The notes: generated by a model from the sequence alone, not told the origin. DNA of 64,000 nt from Octopus vulgaris (GCA_951406725.2 OX597815.1:19406001-19470000), one strand, 5' to 3'. Counted from the stretch's first letter, positions 28,291-43,990 are shown. A program made the numbers and translations.

Positions 28291-28384
28291 ATATATTCAT
28301 AAACGAATATTTACACACGTGTGTGTGCATGTGTGTGTGCGTGTGTATGTGTGTGTGTGTGTGTGTGTGTGTCTGTGCGTGTGT

Positions 28385-28461
<77 letters not shown>

Positions 28462-31400
28462 GTGTGATATTCCGAAGTACTTGAATTCCTTGAAATTGTG
28501 GAAAGTCCGGTCTTTCATTGAATCCAGTCTGTGAAAATTACTAGTACAAACAATATCTATGTTTCGTAATTGATGATAGAAAATATCATCCGACGATTTA
28601 TGATATAAATTATCCGTCTAATATAATATAATTGAAACGCTAGAACTAAGGTGAAACAACATTGTGTACTTTTGTAGTCGGTTGCGTTTAACAATTTTTC
28701 ATCCTTGGCACTTTGGCATTTCTCTTTTGTTTTTGTGCTGGTGACAGAAAAAATAGAGAACGAATAACAGGCAGTAGCGTCGTATTTCGCCGATAAAGAT
28801 ATATGAAACTTGAAATGAAATTATTCTTATATGACACCAAGTAAATATTAGTTCAAGAGGTGCATGCATTAATTTGAAATACTATTTCCTGTTTAATTAA
28901 AATGATGCAGCGTTTAATGACACCATATATTCAGACTTCAAAAGGACATTAACGCAATAAACAAGACTTTATCAGAGGCTCTCTTCACATGAAATTTTGA
29001 CGAGTGTTTACTTCGTTATTTCATCTCATAATTTAGTGTATGATTGAAATATACGATTCAAAAGTGACAGAAAATGAATTTCACGTTATTGAGTGACAGC
29101 AACAACGAAAATATAGCTTACAAGAAAAGAGGTTGTAAATGATATTTAGCTATATATGTGTGCAAACATATCTATTCCATATAAGTCAAATACGAAAGAA
29201 TGGAGAAGTGTGACAATGAATTACGACTCAATAGCAGTTCACAGTGTAATGAGTGCTGCTAACACTTGTGTCTTACGAAACACAGGAATAACTGTGTAAT
29301 CTTTAATATTTCTATCTTTCCGTAAACAATTAGAGAAAAATCTGATAAAAACTATGATTTAGAAAGTGCATCAGCTCTTAATTTCGATCAATTCCTTTTT
29401 CGTTTCACAAAACAAAATAATTTAAAATTGTCTTGAAGATAAACTATTCATACTTGATAGACAGGATAGAAACTAAAAGTGTATTATAAGCCGAACAAAA
29501 GCAGATTAGAGAACAATTTAAGGTTACCATTTCCTTGAAATTATTTCCAACAGAAATTAGTTCGTTTAAAATAATATCCTTCCACATAAACTTCCCATTT
29601 TCTTAATTGAGTTTTCGGTAAATACTAAGTTACTCTATATCTAATTATACTAATTTAATAAATCGCGTTATATCTCTTATTAGCAAGATATATATAAATT
29701 AAAATATGATTCTAATAAAACAAATATATAATCGTAATTTTGAAGTAAATTAATATTAAAAGCTATACATTTCTTTAATAAAACAATTATCCTTTTTTTC
29801 CGAAAGTACTTCATAGACTAAACTGTTAGGCTTCAGTAATCTTTAGAGTAAAACTGCGTTCAATTCTAGAAGGGCGGCGGTGTAGTACAATGTAGCAATG
29901 TAGATGCTAATCTTCCGTATTAGATTTTTCTATTGAAATTCTTTACTAGTGTGCACATCTATTGCAACTACTTCTACGTCTTAACCGATGCTTTTGTATC
30001 ATTACAGGGTGACCATGACTTAACTGATGAGTGTTGATCGTTAGTAGCAAGTAACATCAGCGCGTGGGATTCTCCATATTTCGACGCAGTTTTCGCATCG
30101 GTTCATTGTAGCTGTGATTGCAATTCGAATGTGCTGGACTGGAATTATCCCGATGGTGTTAGTGCTTTTCTTCTCTAGCTATTTTAACTATTAACGGTTT
30201 TGTTTAATTCTTCAACAAAAAACGATAGGATCACAGAAGATTTTCGAAAATCCCCGCCAATATCATCATCCAGTGAAGTTTGGTCACCTTGTATATGTTC
30301 ATATCTGTTGTCATTATTTCATTAAACTCCATGCACACACTTGCCAATCACATCGATAATAATTGGATGTCACTTGGTTAGTGTAATTGTTTCCATTATT
30401 AATTATCTCCTACATATGATATAATACATTCTATTAAGAATTAGTAACGTCCATGCCATCATACACAATGAAATGAGTAAGTATATTTAATTAGTTAAAT
30501 TTAAGTAAATTTAATTGATTAAATTTGCACACGCACATCAAGATGAAACAAACCAAGCCAGCCTTAAAGCTTAAGTCTAGTTAACCCAGTCAGAGGAGAA
30601 AATACCAATATTTGAATGAAATAAAGAAGCCGAACATGTTTATTCCTAAGAAGTCCAAAGCGAAGCATCGTCTTACAAGTTTCTAGCTGATTGCTAGAAT
30701 GCTACTCCTGCAGAATCCATTCCTGGAATATTTCACCCAGTCATTATATCATGAAATTAAATTTATTAAAATTAAAGGTGATCGTCAGACATGGCATTGT
30801 TTTCAGTATATCTCATTGATTTTCTAACATATATTATATACGGTTAAAACTAATATTTTAATATTATTACAATAATAATTTATAATAATTCAAAACGTCA
30901 ATCTACCACTAAATATGTCCCCTAGCCATTGCTTTCTTTTTCTCAGCCAAGTTCCAGGAGATAATATCGCTAAAATGGGTTGAATTTAATGATTATGCCT
31001 TAGTCATTGACACATATAAATGTACTTCTACAATAGCAGTAGTAGACGTTTCATGTATTTCGATTAATAAAGGTTGTTACTTTCGTCTATGTTCTGCAGT
31101 ATTAGATAAATGATAAAGACAAAATTAGAATAACAACAAATTTAATAAAGATAGACATAAATGTTTACCTAATGAACCTATCTCAGCGCACAGAGGTGTA
31201 AAAGAAAAGAACATCATTGAATAGCACTGTGTACGAGATAGATGACAATGGAAAAGAACACTACTAGTCTTAAATTAGAAATAATAATTGCTATTTCGTA
31301 TTCAAACTAGGAAATGTATACACGAGTCAAGAAGGCACCTAATCCAGATCACAGATTTAATAGAGCGAATTTTACTGCAATATAATAAGTGCAACTATAC

Positions 31401-33291
31401 ACTATAAGGATGAAGATATTAGTATGTATGGATATTTTGGCCCCCTCCCCAAAACTTTCGGACTTTGTGCCTAAAGTAGAAAAGAATACTTTTAAAAGTT
31501 ATATAGCATCTCTAAAATATTCTGAATGAAGCTGAGTACTTAAGCAAATTGAAAATGAATAATTATAGCATTTTGCAAAAAATCATTTCAATATGCCTCA
31601 ATTGTAAGTATATATTTAATAATGAAGAAAATATATTGCCTAATACATAAGATAATTTGTTTAATTACTATATTCTTAATTATTCTTTCCAAAGACTTTA
31701 TCCAATAGCATTTCATGTGAATGCATGCTGACATGTAACCTCAAGTCCGGAAAGAAAATATATGTCTCTGACGATGATAATCTACAAAGGTTTTACCTGA
31801 TCTGAAATTAAAATTGATGATAATTCCGGTAGAACATCTAACATGGAAGCATCTTACTCTGATTACACATATTAGTTCAACAACATACACACATATATAG
31901 AATATCTCATATTTTTAAAGGCATTGTCCTGATTCCAGTCTATATTCTTTTGCGTAAATCATATTAAATTATTTGCAAAAACAAGTATGTGGTAATATTA
32001 GCTCCAACAAAAGCATTTGGAATGGTATTAAGATGAATAGTAATTTATTTATTAATATTTACATATAAAATATTTTAATATTAACATATTTTAGCTTACC
32101 TAAAAATGTGCCTTAAAGTATACTTATTTATGACCTTAATAATCAGAAACTCTCATTAATTTAATTACTGATTCCAATAATATTTTAATATTACATTGTT
32201 TTCGTTAGTGAAGTGAGTCGCTTTATTATTCCCTCGCTTAATTACGATAGGGAAACTTCAAATTTCATCTGTCATTCGTTTTTCATTTGTTCCTTGTCTC
32301 ATAAACGTATATGTTTGTCTCAAGTCGAAATCTTCTATCTCTTACTGGATGGAGGCACACTGAGCTTTTCAGGCAAATTTCGATACCAAAATATTAAAAT
32401 AGATTTGTAATATCTAATATTTCAACTGAGAAATATAAATTTGTTTACGCTCATATATTTTTTTGAAACAGTTTATAAAAATTGTTTGTTCTGGATTAAA
32501 TTTCGTAAAGACATATAGATTTATATTCGAAATTAATTACTTATAAATGAAAACGAAATTCGTTTTCTCTAAAGCTGCAGAAGAACTCTATAAATTACTA
32601 ATAAAACTTTCGAATATTTTTCATGGCTAATTCTTTGCTTCAAGCTGTGTTTCTAAGTATTTGCAACATATATTTTCAAAATTTCTTCTCAGTTTTTCGT
32701 TCAATACCTCATGGTGGTCATACACACCAGAATATAAGTGCGCCTCTTCTGAAATCTAGCATTAATTTCTTTGAAAGATTATCATGTACATGAATTTATT
32801 TTCTTATAATTATATTTTAATTTTATTCGTTTATTTATGCACATGAACAAACATACAAATACACACATACACACACGCTCAGAAACAAACTTACACGCAC
32901 AGACACGCAAACGTGAGTTACTTTGAATGTATCATATTTTCTTTTGTTTTCGATAATGATTTATTTGATGTTATCCATATTCCATTTTATTTCAAAGGCT
33001 AAAATATCATATTTTCATTCCAGATAAAACACGAAATCTGTTTTCTCAATAATATATACAAATGCTTTTATTTTCATGAAAGACTTTAAAAGTTTTGAAT
33101 AACACGAGATTTCTCTCAAAAAGATTTGGTTGCTTTAATTTAAGTGTAATCATTTGCATAAAAATGTCATATATAAAATTACAACAGAAAAAAAAATTAC
33201 ACACATATACATGCTTGCATACATATATACATAAACGCACGCATACACACAGACACATCACACACACACACAAACACATACACACAAACAC

Positions 33292-33811
<520 letters not shown>

Positions 33812-34148
33812 GAAGTAAATAGCATTCGTCACATGTTATAGAGTGTAGATATTAACAAACTTAGTACACAGGAATCACATCCTATCGTTCGGATACAATT
33901 ATTTTCAGTATCATCGCATTCATATATTCGGACATGACTTTTGAACTTGTGAAATATTTTGTAGCTTATAATTTTGTTTGTGTATACGTTTTATATATTT
34001 ACGTGGTATTTGTTAATGCTATGAATGGTATTCGACTTGTGCACGAGCATTACACTCAAGAACATAGCATGTACATGTACTTTTTGCAGCACATATATTT
34101 AATGCGCTTATATAATTATTCAGAAGCGGTAAAAGAAAGATAGCTAAC

Positions 34149-34251
<103 letters not shown>

Positions 34252-34252
34252 G

Positions 34253-34337
<85 letters not shown>

Positions 34338-34413
34338 TAGACACACAGGTAGGCAGGTAGACAGGCAGACATGCAGGCAGTGAGATAGATATCTATCAGA
34401 CAGATAGATAGAT

Positions 34414-34816
<403 letters not shown>

Positions 34817-35124
34817 CCCGTTTGGTTACTATTTTATTCTGGTGGACCCCCATAGCCATTCCATGTTCAAAAACTAGTTTTATAAAAATGTCTTCCAGAA
34901 TTTCTATTTTGTTCATCACATATTAATTTGTGTAGGTCGAACTATGTAAAATATTAGAAAAAGAAACCTAGCTGTTTCTTGCAATACATACCAATATAAA
35001 GTAAAATTTTTCAGGGGCCCTTAAACTACTATTGTGGATCCCCTATTTATTATTTTGCTACATGGACCCCCAAAATCTTATAAGGACCATTAGGGGCCAT
35101 ATGGACCCCAGTTGAAAACCACTG
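34817..35124. mobile_element. hAT/Charlie-type non-autonomous DNA transposon, one end
   Basis: Ends in gttgaaaaccactg (reverse complement CAGTGGTTTTCAAC, hAT-like TIR) with repeated subterminal tggacccc motifs; other end not found. Confidence 0.6.
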
Positions 35125-35559
35125 GTCTAAATAAACTGTGCCCCAATTATTCTCTCTCAAATGATGACACAGTTACTTGAAATGTTTATAGAGTCGACTT
35201 GATCGAAGAATTGTGGTTACGTGTCCCAGTGACGTATCTATGTTTTCGTACGTACCATAAAATTGCATTTTAGGAGAGGTCTAAGACATTAATTTTGTTT
35301 AGTTCCCTTTCAACTACATTCTTGAGAAAACATTTTTTTTTCATGCATTTCGGTAAATAACTATATTTAGCGCTACAAACGTTGCATGTGTATGGCTTAT
35401 TGATGCACTTCGCTGTAAATCAGTGGTTTAAAAATCACTCAATTTGGGTGAATCAAATATCTTAGAAGCTTCATCAAATTTTAATTGTCTTCAATTGACT
35501 GTATTTAGTATATTTTGTTAGAAAAATTGAAATCCCTTATTATCCAGTTGTGATTGATG

Positions 35560-36090
35560 TCATGCCTGTCTGGATTACCTACAGAGTCAGGTTGATCCTA
35601 AAAACTGTGTTTTGTCAATGTATTGAAGAATACAACTTGAAAATATTACAAGCTCTTGTCCTGAAGGTAACTAAAACAACCGCATCGTCAGGAACAATTA
35701 CGTATCTCCAAAAGATATTTCGGAGCCACAAGCATCTCAGCCATTATATGTAAGTAACCTGAAGCAATGAGAACTGGTTTGGCCTTCACCTGCAAACGGG
35801 TTCCATCTGCTGTTGATTGTCAACCACAAACAATTTGAGCTGATTTATTTGGGCAATGCGACAACATGCCATCCTTTAAAAATAGCCTCATCAGCCAAAT
35901 AGGTGGTGAGATTTGTCAAGTCTGTCCTCCTAGGGTAATGTGTGTTCCACAACGAAGATTGTTCTTTGCTCCTCGACATAAGAAACATGCCTGACTGAAG
36001 CGATGTTTTTGTCGGCTTCTTTGTGAAGATGAGTGTACCTTTCAGATTCACCTGCATCTCCAAGACAGAGGTATCATGTAATAAAGAAAA
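35560..36090 (-). mobile_element. Possible decayed LINE AP-endonuclease fragment
   Basis: Minus translations RYTHLHKEADKN and LWNTHYPRR..LTTY..WH loosely resemble APE motifs; interrupted by stops. Confidence 0.3.
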
Positions 36091-36160
36091 CGAATCCCCA
36101 CAGCTGTTTACCTCGCGATGGTTTTGTGTGCGTGTATGTTAGACTACATACGTTAATACA

Positions 36161-36481
36161 ACCTATTTCTATACTACCCACAAGGGGCTAAACACAGAGA
36201 GGACAAACAAGGGCAGACAAACGGATTAAGTCGAATTTATCGACCCTGGTGCGTAACTGGTACTTACACGCGCATACAACCTCTGACACATATACACTCA
36301 TAACTATATCCGTCGTTACGTTCTGAGTTCAAATTCCGCCGAGGTCAACTTTGCCTTTCATCCTTTCGAGGTCGATAAATAAAGTACCAGTTTCACACTG
36401 GGGGCGATACAATCGACTCATTCCCTGTGTCTGTCCTTGTTTGTCCCCTCTATGTTTAGCCCCTTCTGGGCTGTAAAGAAA
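36161..36481. mobile_element. Two F1 SINE fragments in inverted orientation
   Basis: 36161-36266 is a minus-strand tail; 36310-36481 is a plus-strand body and tail. Confidence 0.85.
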
Positions 36482-36905
36482 TATATATCCATTGGTTTAT
36501 CAGGAAAGAACTGCCCTCATTTGTTTTGCGGATGGAATAATTAGTAGAAACAGACAGAGTGATTTGAAGTATTCAGTTGTATCTGTCAAGGTTTCAGGTT
36601 CAAATATCACAATGGTGCATCAAACGCAGATAATACTCATACCAGTTAAATCGTAAGGTTATGTCAAAAATGTGTAGTTCTATGTCATTGTTAGAGACAA
36701 GATTATCTTGCAATAATCGTAGAACACATTATCAAATCAAGTCATAAAAATAATAAATTCATCCAACTTGAAAATCTCGTTACACAAACAAATGCTGACA
36801 TCGTTTTTACTTTTTTTTACACATAAATGGAGTACATTTTAAATTATAACTGCAGAAACATTTGCTACATCTATACGTAAATAATAAGCATCTATATATA
36901 TATAC

Positions 36906-36985
<80 letters not shown>

Positions 36986-37317
36986 TTTGTGTGTGTGGTG
37001 TGTGTTAGTGTATGTTTGTGTGCATACACATACAATTAGTACAATTAAAACGAGAACAACATATAGGTAGTATTGGTATAAAATAAATATATACATTACA
37101 TTATAATTTAGTTGCATATTTCCTTCCAAATTTTTATAATTTTCTCTTTTGTTATTGTTGTGATCTAATTTTCTATTAAATCTTTACTTTCCATTTATTA
37201 CTATATTTATTTATTCTTATAAATGTTTTATTGCTTTCTATAATGTATGACCCTAGATACGTAAGTATTTTACATATTATTTCAGTTTATTTTCACAGTA
37301 TATTACGCTATGCATAC

Positions 37318-37440
<123 letters not shown>

Positions 37441-37502
37441 TATGTATGTACGTATGTATGTATATATGTATATCCTTTTAAAAGTAGTCCATGAATTTTT
37501 GT

Positions 37503-37536
37503 TCTAAATTTCATTTATTTTCTTTTGCAGGTAAGT
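37503..37536 (+). promoter_or_regulatory. Candidate recursive splice site (3'ss directly abutting 5'ss)
   Basis: tctaaatttcatttattttcttttgCAG|GTAAGT: branch-like ctaa, U-rich tract, CAG, perfect donor. Confidence 0.55.
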
Positions 37537-39693
37537 ACAATTTCTGTCATAAGATATTGGTAAGATAAAATTTATTTATTTATTTTTGACTGCTGATTTC
37601 GGAAGATTTCAATGAAATGTTAAAATACTTCAATAAATTCAAGATGTAAAAACTGGAAGGTAAAACAAAAATACTGAAAAAAGATTACAGAATATATTTC
37701 AATATTTTGCGCTAAAATCCATTAATATAGAAAAAAAATTTAACAGTACGTAAATATGTTAGAAAATTCCATTTCTTAAACAAAGACCCATATTTCTTTC
37801 TTTCCTGCATTAAGGAATGTTATAATATTTGTTTAACTTTGTGATATCGTAGTTCCATTACATTCTATCGCACCGTCATAAGTCCATTACACATTTCTTG
37901 AGACATCATTGATTCATTACATCTCTTTGGTACATTAAGCAAAACTGAAATTGCCATCATAACCATAAGCAAGTGTCATTACTGTAACTAGAAACGTATA
38001 GAAATCATCGATGTATGAAGATTCTTCATTTATTAAGAGTAAGTACAACAATGTAAACGCCATGCTTATTTCAAGTTCTACTGCCATCACTGGTGCAAAG
38101 ATTAAAATGTTTGTCTCACATTAAGAGCAAATTATGTTTACACCAGAGCAAAGTATGGAATTTATTCTATATACCACGTATACTGATAATCCTCAAAATC
38201 AATTAGTGTACAAAAAGCAAAACATACATATTGGTAAAAGATAGCTAATTCATGACGTTAGTGTCGATAAACTATTAAGTGTTATTGATTTATATTTCGA
38301 GTTTCATATATGTACTGAGATCATGGAATAGATAAAGGTCACACGTTTCGATAAATTATTATTGAAAAAATTTTAAATATATAGAGAAAAGATTTCCAAT
38401 TATACCCTTCTTTGTTGCCACAAATTTACATAAAATCACGCTGAGAATTGATCAAATTCACAGCAGGATAAGGCTTGGGTAACTGCGAATTTCTTCTGTC
38501 GGATTGTCAGTCAAATAATTCATTTTCTTTTGTTGGGAAGACAAATATATACACGAAAGCTTATATAAAATTTAGTTAAAATCGTTTTTGGTGAGTAGTA
38601 ATTTTGTATTAAAACGAACGTATGACCTAGTTTTCATACCTAGTGAGATTTCATTACTTTATATCGTTATAAATTTGGGAACGACAACATCATTATATTT
38701 CCAAACCATTGCACATGTATTTTGTAGTATAGTTTGGGGTTGCCCCAAGCTTTGAAACTGAAATTGATTAGATGTAAATTAACCAAGACAATGCACATAC
38801 TTTTAATTCAAATCGGCTAACCTTGTCACACATGTTACGCTGTCTGCCTGAGGATTATGTTTAAAATTGGAATACATTAAGCGTTATACTGTAATATATT
38901 CCCGTGATTCTTTTTTTCACTTTTTGGAACATTGACTCTCGAAGCAATCCGCGTAAATCTATAAATAATAGTATGCAAATATTGGGTTGAAAACCCCATT
39001 AATTTCGGAAAAAATCGAAGACTGTCCTTGTAACTCGAATCCACATTTCCAGTAAATATGAAGGCGTGCAATCCTTGATCCGAAATAATCCTTCGAATTT
39101 CTCAATCCATTTAAGAAACTTTATTCTTACCAGCGAGGATTGTACGTTGTGACGATATAAGAATTTTATGAACTTCCAACAGAGCCAGAAATGATGTGTT
39201 TTTGAAACATTAGCTCGTGAGGCACATTACAGGGAAATTTATAAACTCTGTCCCACAGGCAATCTTCAGCTGTTTCTACCCAAAAAGATTTTACAACCCA
39301 ATACCTACACGCTATTATTTGTAGCTTTATGTGTTGTGCTTCGAAGGAGCCAATGCTCCAAAACAAAATTATTTCACATTCTCTTGAAAGTTTATGAAAA
39401 TACTTAATAAAATAATCATTCATAGATTTCACCGATCAATATTCAGAATATATTGTAAGGGCTTTCGCGCTTTTGCAATTTCTCTTTGATTATATTTCAT
39501 GGTTCCAAATATCATCAGGGTCGAATTCCATCAGCATGATACACGAATACGTCCAAATAGTAAGAAAATAGGAAATAAATGTTTGAATGGATTTTAATCG
39601 AATTAAAATGGATTTACAAAATCTTTTGGATAAGAATTGTTAGCAATCATCATTGATATGTATTGCAACTTCAAGCACCAGTCGTAAGAAACT

Positions 39694-40082
39694 GGATGGA
39701 AGCACTCTGTCGATTACGACGACGAGGGTTCCGGTTGATCCGAATCAACGGAGCAGCCTGCTCGTGAAATTAACGTGTAAGTGGCTGAGCACTCCACAGA
39801 CACGTGTACCCTTAACGTAGTTCTCGGGGATATTCAGCGTGACACAGAGAGTGACAAGGCCGGCCCTTTGAAATACAGGTACAACAGAAACAGGAAGTAA
39901 GAGTGAGAGAAAGTTGTGGTGAAAGAGTACAGCAGGGATCGCCACCACCCCCTGCCGGAGCCTCGTGGAGCTTTTATGTGTTTTCGCTCAATAAACACTC
40001 ACAACGCCCGGTCTGGGAATCGAGACCGCGATCCTACGACCGCGAGTCCGCTGCCCTAACCACTGGGCCATTGCGCCTCCAC
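39694..40082 (-). mobile_element. tRNA-derived SINE, head B plus tail Y, 11-bp TSD
   Basis: Head matches the 21059 copy, tail matches 62320-62500; cgtaagaaact occurs at 39683-39693 and 40083-40093. Confidence 0.92.
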
Positions 40083-40308
40083 CGTAAGAAACTAAGACGA
40101 ATAAGAAAAAAATGAAATTATGAAATATCAGAACCGTGAAATACAGAGTTATGATTGAACAATCGTCTGCTTCTAATAAAGTATATACGCATTTTATAAT
40201 GTATTGACTACTTTTCACCAAGTTTAAATGCCAGCATTTACCAGTCTCTTTCTGTATTACTCTTTAAATATATGTGCATACGTGCATTATATACACACAC
40301 ACACCTAT

Positions 40309-40373
<65 letters not shown>

Positions 40374-40520
40374 TATATACATATATATATATATACATAT
40401 ACACATAAGTATGTATATACATATGTACATATACACACAGGTCTGTGTGTGTAGATATAGAAATAGATAGAATAGATAGACCAGACAGACAGACAGACAG
40501 ACAAACAGGCAGATAGATAT

Positions 40521-40614
<94 letters not shown>

Positions 40615-40615
<1 letters not shown>

Positions 40616-40854
40616 TGTTTCTTTATTAGCCACACAGGGCTGAACACAGAGGGGACAAATTACAAAGTAGAGCTTTTCTTTTTGGGGAGAAAAAAGGGGG
40701 TAGGTTTCGATCAAAAGTGATCGTAGGAAAAACAAAAGCACGATCAATAGGGATCGTGTATCACAGAAATGTCATGATGTAAAGTGTAAAGGGAGGAACA
40801 GATAAGGTTTATCCGTAGAAAGAAAAGCCAATGGAAAAGACCACGGTAACCTCG
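40615..40854 (-). mobile_element. 5'-truncated retroposon 3' end embedded in (GATA)n, copy 2
   Basis: Homologous to 34414-34708; (GATA)n on both sides. Confidence 0.78.
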
Positions 40855-40937
<83 letters not shown>

Positions 40938-41888
40938 CAGACAGATATCACGTATTTACATTTAATGATATTGATGTTCCCTTACAGAATTTGAAAACGA
41001 CAACTATTTTATAATTGATATAAAAAAAGTTATAAATAAGGTTATTGTTGTTACATAATATTAACACTATAATAACGCAATTGGAAAAAGCAAAATGAAA
41101 AAGAATTATAATAATTGATTTATTGATCTCGAATATATATTCTGAATTAATACTTTCTTAAATATTAACTGCATTAATAAGTATTTCTTGTTAAATTCAA
41201 CATTCGTCAGACATTAATATAGATAAATATAATAACGGCATGGATTGGTATCTGATCAATACTTCTGTGTGGATTATAATATAATTAAAACAAAGATTAA
41301 AATAAGCATGAAGGTATATTTAATATTGCTACATGATTAATTAGTTCTGTTATTTACTGTCAGTTTACACGCTTAGCAGTTACATAAACCATAATTGAAT
41401 TTCAGTTAGGCGTTTGATTAAAAAATATATAAAACAGCTATATAAAACTCGAGCTTCTAATACAATTATAAGATTGATAGATTTTCTTTATTTAGTCGTG
41501 AAACATCAAAATAATTATATATATTAACCTCATCCTTGACAGGATAGTTATAAATGATATTAGAAAAAATAAAATAAACTAGAGAATATGAAGAAAATCT
41601 GAACAAAAAATATTACTTAAATTACAGCAATTCTATTGCAGACAAGTAATCCACAAACATACCTAGTAATGATAATAAGTTGTAATAATAATTATTGAGT
41701 AATCATAATAGCAATGACTTCCATATATATAATGTATAAATATATGTGTGTGTGTGTGTCTGTATCTGTGTACATACACACGCATACATAAATGAATAAT
41801 ACACATTAAGTAAATGATAAAAAGGAAATATATATACATACATACACATATATACCTCTGTGCGTATACATATGTAAATATAAATGTG

Positions 41889-41920
<32 letters not shown>

Positions 41921-41926
<6 letters not shown>

Positions 41927-42035
41927 ATCACGTGACCGACCAGGCTATCAGATGTTGTTACACATCGCTGGTCACAATGCGCTTCGTATTGTTTTAGCCT
42001 TCAAATAACGCCACCTCGCTGGCTAAGCGAGCAGG

Positions 42036-42039
<4 letters not shown>
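41921..42039 (-). mobile_element. Isolated tail X module within (TA)n
   Basis: Reverse complement matches 21245-21360 and 54368-54487; no tRNA head. Confidence 0.8.
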
Positions 42040-42085
<46 letters not shown>

Positions 42086-42289
42086 TAATGGTGTCATTGA
42101 GACCGATAGGTGTCAGGTAATGTTGAATAAGTGATATAGACAGACCATAGTTAATTTCCAGATTCAGTAATATTGCGAATAAAGTGTCCAACGTTGCTTC
42201 TATGTCAGCGTGTGTATATAAGAATTTTTTGCGTAATAAGATAAAAAAAACTAAGGCGGTGTAGATATTAGAGCATTTATAGATAGAAG

Positions 42290-42341
42290 GTCTTACAGCT
42301 GTTTCTAGGATATTTATTTATTATATCCCTTCATCAGAGAC
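42290..42341 (-). ncRNA. Type I hammerhead ribozyme motif, canonical core
   Basis: Minus strand: GTCT CTGATGA A GGGATAT-loop-ATATCCT A GAAAC AGCT GTA AGAC. Confidence 0.78.
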
Positions 42342-42416
42342 GGTGTGAGAGGATAGTAAAGTCATAATTAAGTCATCACATCTACACCAACTATGACTAA
42401 ACTATCCTCTCATACC

Positions 42417-42468
42417 GTCTCCGATGAAGGAATATAATTGATACATATCCTAGAAACAGCTGTAAGAC
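42417..42468 (+). ncRNA. Type I hammerhead motif, U4C variant
   Basis: GTCT CCGATGA AGGAATAT-loop-ATATCCTA GAAAC AGCT GTA AGAC. Confidence 0.65.
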
Positions 42469-43096
42469 CTATCTATAAATGCTCTAACATCTACACAGCC
42501 TTAGTTCTTTTTATATTGTTACGCAAAAAAATTCTTATATATATTCATTCATATATTTCTTTACACGCATAATGGAAGAAGTACGAATTTGTTGTTGTTA
42601 AATGTCGTCTGTGTAATCGGGACAATAGCGCACGTGTTGATTTTATATTAACAGAACGGTTACTAAAATTTATATTTGAAACTAACTGTAAAATAAGAGA
42701 GAATTTTCTCTACTGCATTAATAGCTGTGATTTTCAAAACTTTATGAATATTGTTTACCATTCGGTGTTTAATGTGAGATAGATGATACTCAGCACTTGA
42801 TAAAGTTATGAAGTTATATAATTATTCTGCTTCTATTTACCATTTTTGCAGAGCTTAAGGTGTAAAACCTGAATCCAACAAAGATTATTACATATACCTT
42901 AAATAATCTCAAGTACAAAGGAGATTCACTATTTTAGTTTTAGGCTATTGCATGATCAATGGGAATGAAATTATGCCAGTTATTGGTGTCATTATTTTCC
43001 TTCAGGTCAGTCCTACTTCAAAAGACCTGCGACTAAAGTAATTTCGGTCATACCATATCATCGTTTCCTACGTGATTTCTTTAGTATTACACTATG

Positions 43097-43161
<65 letters not shown>

Positions 43162-43170
43162 CATATACAT

Positions 43171-43244
<74 letters not shown>

Positions 43245-43519
43245 GTACATATATATATATACACATATGTATATATGTATATATAATACTTGTGATTCTT
43301 GTGGAAGTGCAACTTAATCAACGACAGGAAGTTCCTAATTACATTGGTGGATGGCTTCTAGGTTAAATGGAGGGTTGAACCAGATTATCTTGCTATTTCT
43401 GGTCGTCTTCTCTTTTATTTTTCGTTAGTTAATAATATAACTCTTTTAATCTGAGCCAAAGACGGTTCTTATGTGTTTGTCGTCCTTCTAGAAATACTAT
43501 TGAAACATCATTACCAAGA

Positions 43520-43990
43520 TGACAGAAGCACCTAACATTGCACGCTGCAACATACGCAAACATGCATCTGCACAAATTTCACTCCAAGCCTGTAACTTTC
43601 CAAACCCTATCAGTTGCCCCCTCGGAAGATCCTGCCCCTCAAATGCTGTTCTGTACAAATGCTGTCACCCTCACACTGTTCGATGGCATCACAAGACACA
43701 ATACGGGTTTTACGGTAAATGACATAAAGGTTAGATACGCACACCATATGCACTCACTTAGATGCAGAGATAGAGAGAATTCTACATCTTTGTCGCGTTT
43801 TCTCTTGAGACGTCTCCACCTCCGGAATGAAACCCCTAAAATTGAGTGGACTATAATTGACAGGGATCCGCCTTACTCACGCATAATTGCCAATTCTGCC
43901 TCCGTTTTCTCTCATCAAAACTGTGTTATATCTGTGTTCCTAACATTCAAATGTCAGATAACTTAGGACTTTGCAGTGTGTTAGCAATAA
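43520..43990 (+). pseudogene. Frameshifted GIY-YIG endonuclease remnant of a Penelope-like element
   Basis: CN..P.SCPLGRSC..NAVLYK, then in another frame TGFT..IKVRYAHHMHSL..ENSTSLSRF..PKIEWTIIDR..PYS, then CQFCL; matches the PLE endonuclease layout. Confidence 0.8.

Larger units (their letters stand above)
42081..42542. mobile_element. PLE pLTR-like remnant forming a ~155-bp-arm inverted repeat with one HHR per arm
   Basis: 42215-42369 versus 42389-42542 are reverse complements; same family as 15283-15510. Confidence 0.8.

Noticed and set aside
39000-39660. Coding-looking segment on the minus strand
   Set aside because: Interrupted by stops, with no recognisable motif or clear splice sites.
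42991-43011. ttttccttcag|gtcagt as a second recursive site
   Set aside because: Weak donor, and it resembles a repeat-derived motif also seen near 46114.
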